From positions 11,408-75,407 of the forward strand of contig JAFVWS010000035.1 of NCBI GenBank assembly GCA_017501545.1: a DNA stretch of 64,000 nucleotides. Direction: 5' to 3'. Both the position numbers and the translations under genes were made by a program. Each line of letters begins with the position of its first letter. The first letter of the stretch is position 1. The notes under the pieces are model-generated. The model did not search any database, had not been told where the DNA came from, and saw nothing but the letters and a program-made list of their open reading frames with translations. Positions 27,167 to 37,369 of the stretch are shown one piece after another. Origin of the DNA: Clostridia bacterium (GTDB lineage Bacteria; Bacillota; Clostridia; Oscillospirales; CAG-272).

Positions 27167-27487
27167 TTATTCAGCAATGTGCTCCATACCACAATCAATA
27201 ATTGTTCTTACGTGATCATCTGTGAGTGAATAGATTATATTTTTGCCCTCACGACGGGTTTTTACAAGGTTACTTGTTTTAAGAATACGAAGCTGATGTG
27301 AAACAGCTGATTGAGAAATTGACAAAAACGCAGAAATCTCGCTAACGCACATTTCACTTTGTGTAAGTGCGCAAAGAATCTTTACACGAGAAGCGTCTCC
27401 AAAGATTTTGTAAAGGTTTGCAAGCTCCTCAAAAAGCTCACTATTACGAGTAATTGCGCCTTGAATTTTTGAAATTGAATTTTCCAT
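27167..27487 (-). CDS. ArsR/SmtB-family metal-sensing transcriptional repressor
   Basis: 106 aa. Reads LANLYKIFGDASRVKILCAL..EMCVSEISAFLSISQSAVSHQLRILK..LV..RREGK...YSL. The stop lies 2 nt before the ATPase start. Confidence 0.85.
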   Translation of the reverse strand: MENSISKIQGAITRNSELFEELANLYKIFGDASRVKILCALTQSEMCVSEISAFLSISQSAVSHQLRILKTSNLVKTRREGKNIIYSLTDDHVRTIIDCGMEHIAE

Positions 27488-27529
27488 TTTGTTTTCTCCC
27501 TATGAATTCTTTTATTTGCTCCATTGCTT

Positions 27530-27549
27530 ATATGAGCATTTGTTCATAT
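27530..27549. promoter_or_regulatory. candidate ArsR/SmtB operator (imperfect palindrome)
   Basis: ATATGAGCA-TT-TGTTCATAT contains the TGAnCA-N2-TGTTCA core of SmtB/CzrA-type operators. It sits 43-62 nt upstream of the arsR-like start. Confidence 0.6.
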
Positions 27550-27702
27550 GTTCATTATAAATCATCAAGAGCAGTTTGTCAAGAGGTTTTTTCAATTTTT
27601 TTGCGCTTTTTTTACTTATTTATAAGTAATTTGTTGATTTTTATTTTTTCAATTGATATAATGAACTTAGTTATTAAAATATATAATACGCGGTGGTTGA
27701 TT

Positions 27703-29838
27703 ATGCTAAACAATTCTAAGTGGATTTCTTATCCTACCAAAGAGGACTACACCTGTCCTGTATTCAAAAAAGAATTTAATATTTCTAAGGAAATCAAAAG
27801 GGCTACCTTAAAAATCACATCTCTTGGATGTTATTATGCCGAGCTTAATGGTGAAAGGATCGGCGATTTTATCCTTGCGCCAGGCTGGACATACTACAAG
27901 CGTGCCCAAATGCAAGCTTATGATATTACAAGCATGATTAAAAATAAAAATGAAATTAGGGCAACGCTTTCTTCTGGTTGGTTTAATGGAAGAATCAATA
28001 TAAGAACTAGAAAAGATCTACCCAATGCTTACCCTGCATTAATTTGTGAAATTGAGATTATATATAAGGATAACACCAAGGAATATATTTATTCAGATGA
28101 AAGCTGGGAAACCTCCCTTAGTAAAATCACCTTTTCTGATATTTACGATGGTGAAAGCTATGACGCTACATATAAGGAAAGCTTTGCCCCTGTAAAGATA
28201 CAAGATTATAGCGAGTTTAAAATAGTTAGCCAACAGGGCGAGACCATCAAGGAGCAAGAAATTATTTATCCTAAGAGCATTTTTAAAACACCAAGGGGCG
28301 AAACAGTTATCGACTTTGGCCAAAATATGACAGGATATTTTGAAATTAGCCTTGATGCAAATTGGGGGGACAGGGTTTCCTTATCCGTTGCCGAGGTGCT
28401 CGACAAGGACGGTAATTTCTATACAGAAAACTATCGCAGCGCAAAAGCAAAATTTGACTACGTATGCACCGATGGTCATCAGGTATACAAGCCAAAGCTA
28501 TGCTTCTGGGGATTTAGATATATCCGCGTTGACGAGTTCCCTTGCGAGATTACAAAAAATAATATCAAAGCAATCGTTCTTCATTCGGAGCTAAAAAGAA
28601 CAGGTTACTTAAGCTCCTCTAGTCCTCTTTTAAACAAGCTATTTTCAAATATCATTTGGGGACAAAAGGGCAACTTTCTCGACGTTCCCACCGACTGTCC
28701 TCAAAGAGATGAAAGGCTTGGTTGGACGGGAGATGCACAGGTGTTTATAAGAACTGCGTCATATAACTATGACGTTGAAAAGTTCTTTGACAAATGGCTA
28801 GAGGACCTTCGTTTAGAGCAAAAGCGCGAGGGGCGAATTCCATTCTGTATCCCTCAGGTACACGACCGTCCCGGCAGCTCAACCGCTGTATGGAGCGATG
28901 CTTCAACCATATGCCCTTGGCAAATTTATTTAACCTACGCCAACAAAAAAATTCTTGCAAGACAATTTAAGTCTATGTGCGACTACATAGAGGAGATTGG
29001 CAGAATCACCAAGGAAAAGTATCTTTGGTATGGCTGTTGGCACTTTGGAGATTGGCTCGGTCTTGATGCTCCTGCCGGTAGCTATAAGGGCTCAAGTAAT
29101 CCCGATATAATTGCTACAATTTTCTACGCCCATTCCACTAATCTTGTTATCAAGGCAGGTAAGGTGCTTGGCAAAAATGTATCAAAATACGAAAAGCTAT
29201 ATAATAAGATAATAGAAACGGGAAGAAAAAAATTCACTGAATTTAATACACAAACAGAGTGTGTCCTTGCACTTTATTTTGATTTTGCACAGGATAAAAA
29301 GCCTGTTGCAGACAAGCTGGCTAGCATGATTATAGAAAATGGCAAGAGGCTCAAAACAGGCTTTGTGGGTACTCCTTATTTGCTACACGCATTATCAGAG
29401 AACGGCTATACCGAGCTTGCATACGATTTGCTCTTACAGGAAGAATTCCCGTCTTGGCTATATTCCGTTAAACAGGGTGCAACCACCATTTGGGAGCATT
29501 GGGACGGAATGAATGACAAGGGTGAATTTTGGTCAAAGGATATGAACTCCTTCAATCACTACGCATTTGGAAGCGTTGCCGATTGGGTTTACGGTGTAGC
29601 CTGTGGCATAAAAACAGTTGAGGATAAGCCAGGCTTTGAGGAGGTTATAATTGCGCCTACCCCAACTAAAAAGCTTGATTGGCTCAGCGCTAAAATTGAA
29701 ACAAGAAGGGGCACCGTTTCGTCCGCTTGGTATCGCAACGGTGACTCCTTTAGATATGAAATTACCACCCCATCCAAAGCCACAATTATAATTGATGGCA
29801 AGGAGCATAGGGTGGAGAAGGGAAGCTACGTATTTTAA
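27703..29838 (+). CDS. alpha-L-rhamnosidase (GH78)
   Basis: I place the start at ATG 27703 (MLNNSKWISYP..) rather than at the track's 27454, because the upstream extension is low-complexity and overlaps arsR. The GH78 hallmark VPTDCPQRDERLGWTGDAQVF is present, plus WEHWDG in the six-hairpin domain. Confidence 0.85.
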   Translation: MLNNSKWISYPTKEDYTCPVFKKEFNISKEIKRATLKITSLGCYYAELNGERIGDFILAPGWTYYKRAQMQAYDITSMIKNKNEIRATLSSGWFNGRINIRTRKDLPNAYPALICEIEIIYKDNTKEYIYSDESWETSLSKITFSDIYDGESYDATYKESFAPVKIQDYSEFKIVSQQGETIKEQEIIYPKSIFKTPRGETVIDFGQNMTGYFEISLDANWGDRVSLSVAEVLDKDGNFYTENYRSAKAKFDYVCTDGHQVYKPKLCFWGFRYIRVDEFPCEITKNNIKAIVLHSELKRTGYLSSSSPLLNKLFSNIIWGQKGNFLDVPTDCPQRDERLGWTGDAQVFIRTASYNYDVEKFFDKWLEDLRLEQKREGRIPFCIPQVHDRPGSSTAVWSDASTICPWQIYLTYANKKILARQFKSMCDYIEEIGRITKEKYLWYGCWHFGDWLGLDAPAGSYKGSSNPDIIATIFYAHSTNLVIKAGKVLGKNVSKYEKLYNKIIETGRKKFTEFNTQTECVLALYFDFAQDKKPVADKLASMIIENGKRLKTGFVGTPYLLHALSENGYTELAYDLLLQEEFPSWLYSVKQGATTIWEHWDGMNDKGEFWSKDMNSFNHYAFGSVADWVYGVACGIKTVEDKPGFEEVIIAPTPTKKLDWLSAKIETRRGTVSSAWYRNGDSFRYEITTPSKATIIIDGKEHRVEKGSYVF

Positions 29839-30906
29839 TTGGAAAAGATATTAATTGCCATGAGTGGCGGAGTTGACAGCTCAGCTTGTGCTGTGCTTTT
29901 AAGCTCACAGGGATATATTTGTCACGGAGTGACTATGAGGCTACACAAAAACGAGTTGGCTAAATGCTCAAGCGAGCAGGATATAGCCGATGCGAAAAGC
30001 ATATGTGAAAAACTAAAAATCCCCCACTCTGTGGCTGATTTTTCAAGCTTTTTCGATAAATATGTAATTGATAATTTCATCTCCTCGTACGAAAACGGCG
30101 CCACTCCAAACCCGTGCATCGAATGTAATTATCATCTCAAGTTTAATAAGCTTTTTGACAAAGCCAGTGAGCTTGGGTGTGACCTTATTGCAACGGGGCA
30201 TTATGCTATAATTGAATATAGTGAAAAGTACGGACGTAAGGTTTTAAAGAAAGCAAAAAACCTATCAAAGGACCAAACCTACGTTTTATACAGAATTAGC
30301 CGTGACAAGCTTGAAAAAACAATTTTCCCTTTGGGAAAAATCGAGTCTAAGGACGAGGTAAGAGAGCTTGTTAAGGACTTGAATATAAATCTTGCAAAGA
30401 AAAAGGAAAGTCAAGACATTTGCTTTGTGCCAGATGGTGACTACGCCAAGTTTATTGAGGAGTACAGGGGCAAAAAATACCCTCTTGGAAATTTTGTTTT
30501 AAAGGATGGTACAGTTTTAGGCACACACAAGGGTATAATCAGATATACAATTGGGCAAAGAAAGGGGCTTGGGCTTGCCTTGCCTCACTCAATGTACGTT
30601 TGCAAGAAGGACCTCTTAAAAAACGAGGTTGTAATAGGCGAAAACGAGGACCTATTTTCACGTGAGCTTTGGGCAAGCGACGTCAACTTGACAGCAGTTG
30701 ATAAAATAGACACTCCTATGCGTGTTTTTGCCAAGGTAAGATACAATCAAAGTGAAAAAAGTGCCACCGCGTGTCTGGAAAACGGGCTTTTGCACGTTGT
30801 TTTTGACGAACCGCAAAGGGCAATTTGCAAGGGTCAAAGCGTGGTTTTATATGATGGTGACATTGTCATCGGCGGTGGAATAATTTCAAAAACGGAGCTT
30901 GACTAA
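29839..30906 (+). CDS. mnmA: tRNA 2-thiouridine(34) synthase
   Basis: PP-loop IAMSGGVDSS. Also NPCIECN, ATGHYA, KDQTYVL and QDICF. The apparent start is a TTG immediately after the GH78 stop codon. Confidence 0.9.
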   Translation: MEKILIAMSGGVDSSACAVLLSSQGYICHGVTMRLHKNELAKCSSEQDIADAKSICEKLKIPHSVADFSSFFDKYVIDNFISSYENGATPNPCIECNYHLKFNKLFDKASELGCDLIATGHYAIIEYSEKYGRKVLKKAKNLSKDQTYVLYRISRDKLEKTIFPLGKIESKDEVRELVKDLNINLAKKKESQDICFVPDGDYAKFIEEYRGKKYPLGNFVLKDGTVLGTHKGIIRYTIGQRKGLGLALPHSMYVCKKDLLKNEVVIGENEDLFSRELWASDVNLTAVDKIDTPMRVFAKVRYNQSEKSATACLENGLLHVVFDEPQRAICKGQSVVLYDGDIVIGGGIISKTELD

Positions 30907-31109
30907 TGGAAAAGGAAAAGATAGACAGAATTAACTTTTTAGCTAAGAAAAAGAAGGCCGAGGGGCTAAGTGAGGCTGAAATAGAAGAACAAAAGGCACT
31001 ATATGAGGAATACCTTGAGGGCTATCGTAAAAACCTACGTTCAACCCTTGGAAGCACTGTAATTGAGCGTCCCGACGGCACGCGTGAAAGGTTGGAAAAA
31101 AAGAAATAA
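30906..31109 (+). CDS. DUF896 (UPF0291/YnzC-like) small protein
   Basis: 67 aa. RINFLAKKKKAEGLSEAEIEEQKALYEEYL is a typical DUF896 pattern. Confidence 0.7.
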   Translation: MEKEKIDRINFLAKKKKAEGLSEAEIEEQKALYEEYLEGYRKNLRSTLGSTVIERPDGTRERLEKKK

Positions 31110-31112
31110 ATA

Positions 31113-31145
31113 AAGCGAGGCAAGCGCCTCGCTTTTATTTTATAT
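31113..31145 (+). terminator. intrinsic terminator
   Basis: GCGAGGC (31115-31121) pairs with GCCTCGC (31126-31132). TTTTATTTT follows. Confidence 0.8.
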
Positions 31146-31218
31146 ATATTATACTTGAAAAATAAAATAAGTTGTGATACAATAACCTTGTATCGACTAA
31201 TTTCGAGGGAGGGAGAAT

Positions 31219-33321
31219 ATGAAGCTTATTATTGCGGAAAAGCCATCGCTTGCAAGAAATATTCTTGCTGGCATTGCGCGCTTACAGGATGACAAAATGG
31301 TTAAGCGTGACGGCTTTTACGAGGGTGGCGACTACGTTGTTACCTGGGTTTTCGGTCATCTTTTCTCTCTTGCTGATATCGAGGATTATACTGGCAAGGC
31401 TGTTGGAAAATGGTCGCTTGAGGACCTTCCATGCTTTCCTAAGGAATTTAAATTTGCGCTAAAGAAAAACGATAAAAAAGAGATTGACCCCGGTGTCAAG
31501 AAGCAGTTTAATACTATAAAATATTTGTGCAATCGCCAAAATATCGACACAATTGTAAACGCAGGAGACGCCGACCGCGAGGGTGAAATTATCGTACGCC
31601 TTTGCGTTTCACATGCGCTTGAAAAGGAAAAAAGCTTTGTGCGTCTTTGGCTACCAGACCAAACACCCGAAACTATTTCCGAGGCGCTTGGCAATATGAA
31701 AAGCGAAAGCGAGTACACCTCGCTTGCAAACGAGGGCTTTGCAAGAACTTATATTGACTGGCTTTATGGAGTGAATCTTACACGCTTTGCCACAATCAAA
31801 ACCGGCAAGCTACTTCGTGTTGGGCGCGTTATCGTTCCTATCGTCAAGGCGATTTACGACAGAGACTTAGAAATCAGAAACTTCAAGCCCGAAAAATACT
31901 ACGTAATCACCTCGCACGAAAAGACGAACGACGAGTTTATTGATTTAACCTCAAAAACCAAGTTTACAAAGGACGAATACCAAAAATCCCTTGAGGAGTG
32001 TCTAAAATACAACTCTCAGACAGCCGTTGTCACATCCGTGAAAACAAAGAAGGACACGGTTTCTCCACCTAAGCTTTTCTCGCTTTCCAAGCTTCAAAGC
32101 TATCTTGGAAAGAAATATAAAATGTCAATGGACGACTCACTTTCCGTTGTGCAAAAGCTATACGAGGCAGGCTACGTTACTTACCCACGTACGAACTCAG
32201 AGTACCTAGCCACTGCCGAGCAGGGCAAGATGAAATCTATCATTGCAAGCGTATCAAAAATGGGATACCCTGTTGAATCCAGGTTTGCAAAAAGCATATT
32301 TGACGACTCAAAGATTGAGTCGCACTCTGCCCTTACCCCAACGTACAAGATTCCAGACCCCAAGGCGCTTACCGACAAGGAAAAGCAGGTTTATTCCACG
32401 ATTTTAAGGCGCTTTGTTGCTGTGTTCTGCAGTGAGGAATGTCTTGCTGAAAAGAGTGAGATTAAGATTAAGGTTGGCGAGTGCGAGGAATTTACCCTAA
32501 AGGGTACTGTTATTACTCAAGCCGGCTGGACAAAGTTTGACGACTACACCCCAAAGGACAAGCTTTTACCTAAGCTTACTAAGGGTGAGACTGTAAGCAT
32601 TAATTTTAAGCCACAGGAAAAGGAAACCACGCCACCCAAGCACTACACAATTGAAACCCTAAATAACTACCTCAAGAATCCCTTCAAGGAGGATAAGCAA
32701 AACGCCGACGAAAGCGACGACGAGGATTACAAGGCTATTTTCGAGGGACTTGAGCTTGGCACCGAGGCGACAAGAACCGGCATTATTGAAAACGCGTGCA
32801 AGAGCGCATACATTATGCTAAAGAAGGATTCGTACTACGTTTTGCCAGACGGCGAATATCTAATCGAATCACTTTCTCAGCTTGGAATTAGTATGGATAA
32901 ATATAAGACCAGCCAAATGGGTCAAGCGCTGAAGAAGGTATTTCGTGGCGAGTACAGCGTCGGCGACAGTGTTTCCCTTGCTGAGAAGGAAATTGGCGAG
33001 GTCTTTGATACCTCAAGGGACAAGGAGCCTGAAAAGGATATAAACATTGGCATCTTTGGCGAGGTTGTTGGCAAATGCCCACTATGTGGCGGTGACGTTT
33101 CAAGGACAAAATTCGGCTACGGCTGTGCTAATTACAAGGAAGGCTGTAAATTTACAATCAATAAGACAATTTGCAAAAGAATTATTTCAATATCCAACGT
33201 AAAAATGCTTCTTGCCACCGGCAAAACAAGCAAAATTCAAGGCTTCACTTCTAAAAACGGAAAGAGCTTTGATGCTGTTTTAAGGCTTGGCGAGGACGGA
33301 AAAATCACGTTTGAATTTTAG
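31219..33321 (+). CDS. topB: DNA topoisomerase III with C-terminal zinc ribbons
   Basis: Toprim N-terminus LIIAEKPS and DADREGE. The active-site Tyr lies in GYVTYPRTNSEYL. The C-terminus has CPLCGG..GCANYKEGCKF. Confidence 0.9.
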   Translation: MKLIIAEKPSLARNILAGIARLQDDKMVKRDGFYEGGDYVVTWVFGHLFSLADIEDYTGKAVGKWSLEDLPCFPKEFKFALKKNDKKEIDPGVKKQFNTIKYLCNRQNIDTIVNAGDADREGEIIVRLCVSHALEKEKSFVRLWLPDQTPETISEALGNMKSESEYTSLANEGFARTYIDWLYGVNLTRFATIKTGKLLRVGRVIVPIVKAIYDRDLEIRNFKPEKYYVITSHEKTNDEFIDLTSKTKFTKDEYQKSLEECLKYNSQTAVVTSVKTKKDTVSPPKLFSLSKLQSYLGKKYKMSMDDSLSVVQKLYEAGYVTYPRTNSEYLATAEQGKMKSIIASVSKMGYPVESRFAKSIFDDSKIESHSALTPTYKIPDPKALTDKEKQVYSTILRRFVAVFCSEECLAEKSEIKIKVGECEEFTLKGTVITQAGWTKFDDYTPKDKLLPKLTKGETVSINFKPQEKETTPPKHYTIETLNNYLKNPFKEDKQNADESDDEDYKAIFEGLELGTEATRTGIIENACKSAYIMLKKDSYYVLPDGEYLIESLSQLGISMDKYKTSQMGQALKKVFRGEYSVGDSVSLAEKEIGEVFDTSRDKEPEKDINIGIFGEVVGKCPLCGGDVSRTKFGYGCANYKEGCKFTINKTICKRIISISNVKMLLATGKTSKIQGFTSKNGKSFDAVLRLGEDGKITFEF

Positions 33322-33329
33322 GAGAAATT

Positions 33330-33818
33330 ATGGAAAGAGTATCAAAAAATAACTACTATCTTGACATTGCTGAGACTGTATCTGAAAGAAGCACGTGCCT
33401 ACGCCGTCGCTTTGGCGCTATAATTGTAAAGAACGACGTTATCGTTTCAACCGGCTATAACGGCGCGCCAAGAGGACGCTTAAACTGCAACGAAATAGGC
33501 TCTTGCTATCGTGACAGCCTTGGTATTCCTAAGGGTGAGCGCTATGAGCTTTGTAGAAGCGTGCACGCAGAGGCAAACGCGATTATTGCAGCCTCACGTG
33601 AGCAAATGCTTGGCGCAACGCTTTATATGTGCTGCACAGACCCAAAAACCGGCGATATCATTGGTGGAATGAACAGCTGTATGATGTGCAAGCGTCAAAT
33701 TATCAACGCCGGAATTACTAAGGTAATTATCAGAAATACCAAAAGCGAATACACCGAGGTCATCGTTGGCGATTGGATTAAGGACGATGACAGCTTAAGT
33801 GGTAAATTCGGCTATTAA
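33330..33818 (+). CDS. dCMP deaminase (ComEB-type cytidine/deoxycytidylate deaminase)
   Basis: Zinc motifs VHAEANAI and SCMMCKRQI. Also STGYNGAPRG. Confidence 0.85.
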   Translation: MERVSKNNYYLDIAETVSERSTCLRRRFGAIIVKNDVIVSTGYNGAPRGRLNCNEIGSCYRDSLGIPKGERYELCRSVHAEANAIIAASREQMLGATLYMCCTDPKTGDIIGGMNSCMMCKRQIINAGITKVIIRNTKSEYTEVIVGDWIKDDDSLSGKFGY

Positions 33819-33819
33819 T

Positions 33820-34260
33820 ATGGAGCTTTCAATAGAAAAATGCACCAAAAAAGACGCACCCTGTGTCGCTAAAATAGAAAAGGAATGCTTTTCTAAGCCC
33901 TTTAAAGAGGAAGATATTATTTCCTATTTAAAAAGCCCTATTTGGCACTTTTTAGTTGCAAAATGTGAGGGTGAGGTTGTTGGCTACGTTAGCTTTACTA
34001 TTATTATTGACGAGTGTCAGATTGTAAACGTGGCAACAAGTCAAGGCTACCGAAAAATGGGTGTTGGCAAATCGCTAATTAAGGAGCTACTTAGCTATGC
34101 CAAGAAAAGCGGAGTCAGCAAGGTTTATTTAGAGGTAAGAGAGTCTAATTTACCTGCAATAAGTCTATACAAAAAATACGGCTTTGAGATTGTAGGAGTA
34201 TCAAAAAATCACTACTCACAGCCTACTGAAAACGCTTTACTTATGAATTTAGAAATTTAA
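33820..34260 (+). CDS. rimI: GNAT N-acetyltransferase, RimI-like (ribosomal-protein-alanine acetyltransferase)
   Basis: The start at ATG 33820 is preferred. Acetyl-CoA motif QGYRKMGVGKSL. Its position next to tsaD is the usual rimI context. Confidence 0.7.
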   Translation: MELSIEKCTKKDAPCVAKIEKECFSKPFKEEDIISYLKSPIWHFLVAKCEGEVVGYVSFTIIIDECQIVNVATSQGYRKMGVGKSLIKELLSYAKKSGVSKVYLEVRESNLPAISLYKKYGFEIVGVSKNHYSQPTENALLMNLEI

Positions 34261-34367
34261 AAGAAGCAACGAAGATTAACGACGGCGTTTGTGCTGGATT
34301 TGTAACTTTTTTTGGTGGGCGCTCGGCGCAAAAGAGCTTTAATTATCATGTAGAAAGGAAGTTAATA

Positions 34368-35369
34368 ATGTTAGTTCTATCCTTTGAGTCATCTTGTGAC
34401 GAAACCGCATGCGCAGTCTTGGAAATGTCAGATGGCGTGCGTGAAATAAAATCGAATATTATTGCCTCCTCTGTTGATGTTCAGGCGCTTTATGGTGGAG
34501 TTGTGCCAGAGATTGCAAGCCGTGCGCACATCGAGGCGATTTCAAAAATCACCTACGAGGCGCTTAGTACCGCTGGTGTTACTATAAAGGACATTGATTT
34601 AATCGCAGTTACTAATGGCCCAGGTCTTATCGGCGCACTTTTGGTTGCGGTTAACTTTGCTAAATCTCTTGCTTATGCAAACGGTATTCCACTTGTGCCA
34701 GTTGACCACATCAAGGGTCACGTGGCGGGAAATTATCTAACGCACAAAAAGCTCGAGCCACCATTTTTAGCATTTGTTGTTTCGGGTGGCCATACATCGT
34801 TTTTTGATGTAAAAACGTACACAGGGTTTGACGAAATTGCATCCACGCGTGATGATGCAATTGGTGAATGCTTTGACAAGATAGGCAGAGTAATGGGCCT
34901 TCCTTACCCCGGTGGTGCTACCGTTGACAATCTTGCAAGGGTGGGTAATAAGCACGCCGTTTCCTTCCCATCTCCTGCAATCTCCAAGGACACGCTTGAT
35001 TTTTCCTTCAGTGGCTTAAAGACCGCTGTTATTAACTATCTAAACACAAAAAATCAGAAAAACGAGCTATATTCCAAAGAGGACGTTTGCGCCTCGGTAA
35101 CGTATTCGATTACCGAAGCTATAAAGGACAAGGTGTCTCGCGCTCTTTCGGAAACCGGCTATGGTAAAATTGTACTTGCGGGTGGCGTTAGCGCAAACTC
35201 GCACATTAGAGACGAATTAAACGAGCTTTGCCGTGAGCTTGGCGCAGAATTTTACGCACCCGAGCTATCTCTTTGTGGCGACAATGCTGCAATGATTGGC
35301 GCGCAGGGCTACTATGAATATTTAAATGGAGCGCGTGCAGGCGAGGACCTAAACGCATATCCAAGCTAA
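34368..35369 (+). CDS. tsaD: tRNA N6-adenosine threonylcarbamoyltransferase
   Basis: Reads SFESSCDETACAV, then VDHIKGH, VVSGGHT and GGVSANS. This is a canonical TsaD/Kae1. Confidence 0.92.
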   Translation: MLVLSFESSCDETACAVLEMSDGVREIKSNIIASSVDVQALYGGVVPEIASRAHIEAISKITYEALSTAGVTIKDIDLIAVTNGPGLIGALLVAVNFAKSLAYANGIPLVPVDHIKGHVAGNYLTHKKLEPPFLAFVVSGGHTSFFDVKTYTGFDEIASTRDDAIGECFDKIGRVMGLPYPGGATVDNLARVGNKHAVSFPSPAISKDTLDFSFSGLKTAVINYLNTKNQKNELYSKEDVCASVTYSITEAIKDKVSRALSETGYGKIVLAGGVSANSHIRDELNELCRELGAEFYAPELSLCGDNAAMIGAQGYYEYLNGARAGEDLNAYPS

Positions 35370-35383
35370 TTTAGGGAGAATTT

Positions 35384-36334
35384 ATGAAAATTTCAATTAA
35401 ATATACGGGAAGCATCATAAATCTTCCCTCCGCGGTTGTTGACACCTTGAAGGACGCAGGCGAAAACGAGCTTAAGGTTCTTATAGGTGTTACCTCATTT
35501 GCGTCCCGCTTTAACGATTTTGACGCACTTTTTCCAATTCTTTGCGACAAGCTTGATTTGGATGTAAACGAAATAAAAAAGGCGCTTAGCTTCTGGGCTA
35601 AGGCTGGAATTATTGAGCTTGAGGGCGAGTGTGAGCTTTCCTGTGATGCCGTGCTTTCTCTTGCCGATATAGAAAACGCATCCCCAAGCTTTACTGGCGC
35701 ACAAATTACTAAGCTTTTAGAGGAAAACAAGGAAATGGAGTCGCTATTTAAAAGCGCACAAGAGGTCCTTGGCAAAAGCTTTAACACACACGATTACAAC
35801 TCGCTTTTATATATTAAGGTTTATTTTAAGTTTAGCGACGAGTATATTCTTATGCTTCTTGCACACTGTGCCGAGATTGAAAAATCAAGCTGGGCTTACA
35901 TAAGAAAAACTGCAAAAAACCTTTACGACGAGGGCATTGACACATTCGAAAAGCTTGATATGCACTTTTCCGCAAGGCGTAACAAGCGCTCACTTGAATA
36001 TAAAATCAGAAGGCTTTTTGGTGTTGGTGAGCGTGAGTTTACCAAGCGCGAAAGGGAAATCTTTGAAAAGTGGATAAATTCAAAAATCAACTTCGAGCTT
36101 ATCGAAAAGGCATACGAATTAACTATTGATAATATCGGAAAAGCATCGCTTGCTTACACAACGAAGGTGCTTGACAACTGGCTTGAAAACGGTATAAAGA
36201 CTGCCGAGGCAGCTACCGAGTCAATTGAAAAGCACAAAAATAAGCTTTCAATGTCAACCTTTGACACAGATGACTTTTTTGAGGCGGCGCTCAAGCGTTC
36301 CAGTGAAATGTTCAAGGAGGGAAGCAAAGAATGA
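35384..36334 (+). CDS. DnaD-domain replication initiation/primosome protein (DnaB/DnaD-like)
   Basis: Two DnaD/DnaB_2-type C-terminal repeats (SDEYILMLLAHCAEIEKSSWAYIRKTAKNLYDEGIDT and ELIEKAYELTIDNIGKASLAYTTKVLDNWLENGIKT). It is followed by a dnaI-like gene with a 4-nt overlap. Confidence 0.72.
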   Translation: MKISIKYTGSIINLPSAVVDTLKDAGENELKVLIGVTSFASRFNDFDALFPILCDKLDLDVNEIKKALSFWAKAGIIELEGECELSCDAVLSLADIENASPSFTGAQITKLLEENKEMESLFKSAQEVLGKSFNTHDYNSLLYIKVYFKFSDEYILMLLAHCAEIEKSSWAYIRKTAKNLYDEGIDTFEKLDMHFSARRNKRSLEYKIRRLFGVGEREFTKREREIFEKWINSKINFELIEKAYELTIDNIGKASLAYTTKVLDNWLENGIKTAEAATESIEKHKNKLSMSTFDTDDFFEAALKRSSEMFKEGSKE

Positions 36335-37284
36335 GCTATTCAAGAAAATGCGTTTTGCTTGTAAACGAGGAATTTGAAGAAAAAAGACGTAATAATGAAA
36401 GCATAATGAACGCAAGAATTAGCGAAATACACTCCAAAATTCCAAAAATTCAAGCAATTGACAAGGAGCTTTCGCAAACCGGTGTTATGATTATGTCATG
36501 CGCGCTTAAGGGGCGCGAAGGCTTGGAGGAAAGACTTAGTGAATTAAGGGCGCGCAATTTAGAGCTTCAAGAAAAGAGAAAATCACTTCTTTTAGAGGCA
36601 GGCTACGCGCCAGACTACACAGATTTAAAATACGATTGCGCGCTTTGCCAGGACTATGGTGCTGTAAACGGTAAAATGTGCCAGTGCTATAAGTCGAGAA
36701 TAATCGAGGAGCAATTTAAGCTTTCCGGAATTTCTAACCTTGTAAAAACACAAAGCTTCGATACGTTTTCCCTTGATTACTATGAGAACAAGGAAGAAAT
36801 GGAAGAGCTTGTTAAGTGGTCAAAAAAATATATTAATGAGTTTGATACAAAAAAGACAAGCTTGCTTTTCGTTGGTGGAACAGGTATGGGAAAAACCCAC
36901 CTTTCAACTGCCATTGCAAAATCTCTTATCGAAAAGGGATATGGCGTTATTTATGAAACAGCACAAAACATCTTTTTCGATTTTGAAAATGACCGTTTCA
37001 TCGACCGCTTTGGCGGGGCTGAGCCTGAGGCAACTAAGTATCTTGAGTGTGATTTACTTATAATTGACGACCTCGGTGCTGAAAACATCACCCCGTTTAC
37101 AGTTTCTTGTCTTTACAATATAATTAATACTAGACTAAACAAAAACTTACCTATTATCGCCTCAACAAACTTCGACTCAAAGGAAATAAGAGGTAAGTAT
37201 CACGATAGAATTACAAGCCGTCTTTTCAGCGATTTTGGAATTAAAATATTCAAAGGAACAGATATAAGAAGGCAAAAAAAATAA
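36331..37284 (+). CDS. DnaI/DnaC-type helicase-loader AAA+ ATPase
   Basis: Zn-binding CALCQDYG..MCQCY. Walker A GGTGMGKTHL and Walker B LLIIDDLG. The fold is IstB/DnaC-like. Confidence 0.8.
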   Translation: MSYSRKCVLLVNEEFEEKRRNNESIMNARISEIHSKIPKIQAIDKELSQTGVMIMSCALKGREGLEERLSELRARNLELQEKRKSLLLEAGYAPDYTDLKYDCALCQDYGAVNGKMCQCYKSRIIEEQFKLSGISNLVKTQSFDTFSLDYYENKEEMEELVKWSKKYINEFDTKKTSLLFVGGTGMGKTHLSTAIAKSLIEKGYGVIYETAQNIFFDFENDRFIDRFGGAEPEATKYLECDLLIIDDLGAENITPFTVSCLYNIINTRLNKNLPIIASTNFDSKEIRGKYHDRITSRLFSDFGIKIFKGTDIRRQKK

Positions 37285-37334
37285 GGACATTTCCACCTTT
37301 ATATATATGGAAATAAAATTTTTTAAAAAAACTC

Positions 37335-37363
37335 TTGACAAAGCATATCCCTTATGCTATAAT
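37335..37363 (+). promoter_or_regulatory. consensus sigma-A promoter of the rplJL operon
   Basis: TTGACA (37335-37340), a 17-nt spacer, then TATAAT (37358-37363). Confidence 0.8.
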
Positions 37364-37369
37364 GTTGAG

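Noticed and set aside
25326-27487. ArsR/P-type ATPase pair as mobile resistance cargo
   Set aside because: I see no transposase, resolvase or inverted repeats around it. The pair is an ordinary metal-efflux operon with a recognisable operator. The missing HMA domain is noted, but it is common among P1B ATPases.
31219-33818. Topoisomerase III plus deaminase as a marker of an integrative/conjugative element
   Set aside because: No relaxase, coupling protein, integrase, or repeat boundaries appear on either side. The flanks are core tRNA-modification genes (mnmA, rimI, tsaD) in the same orientation, so this looks chromosomal.
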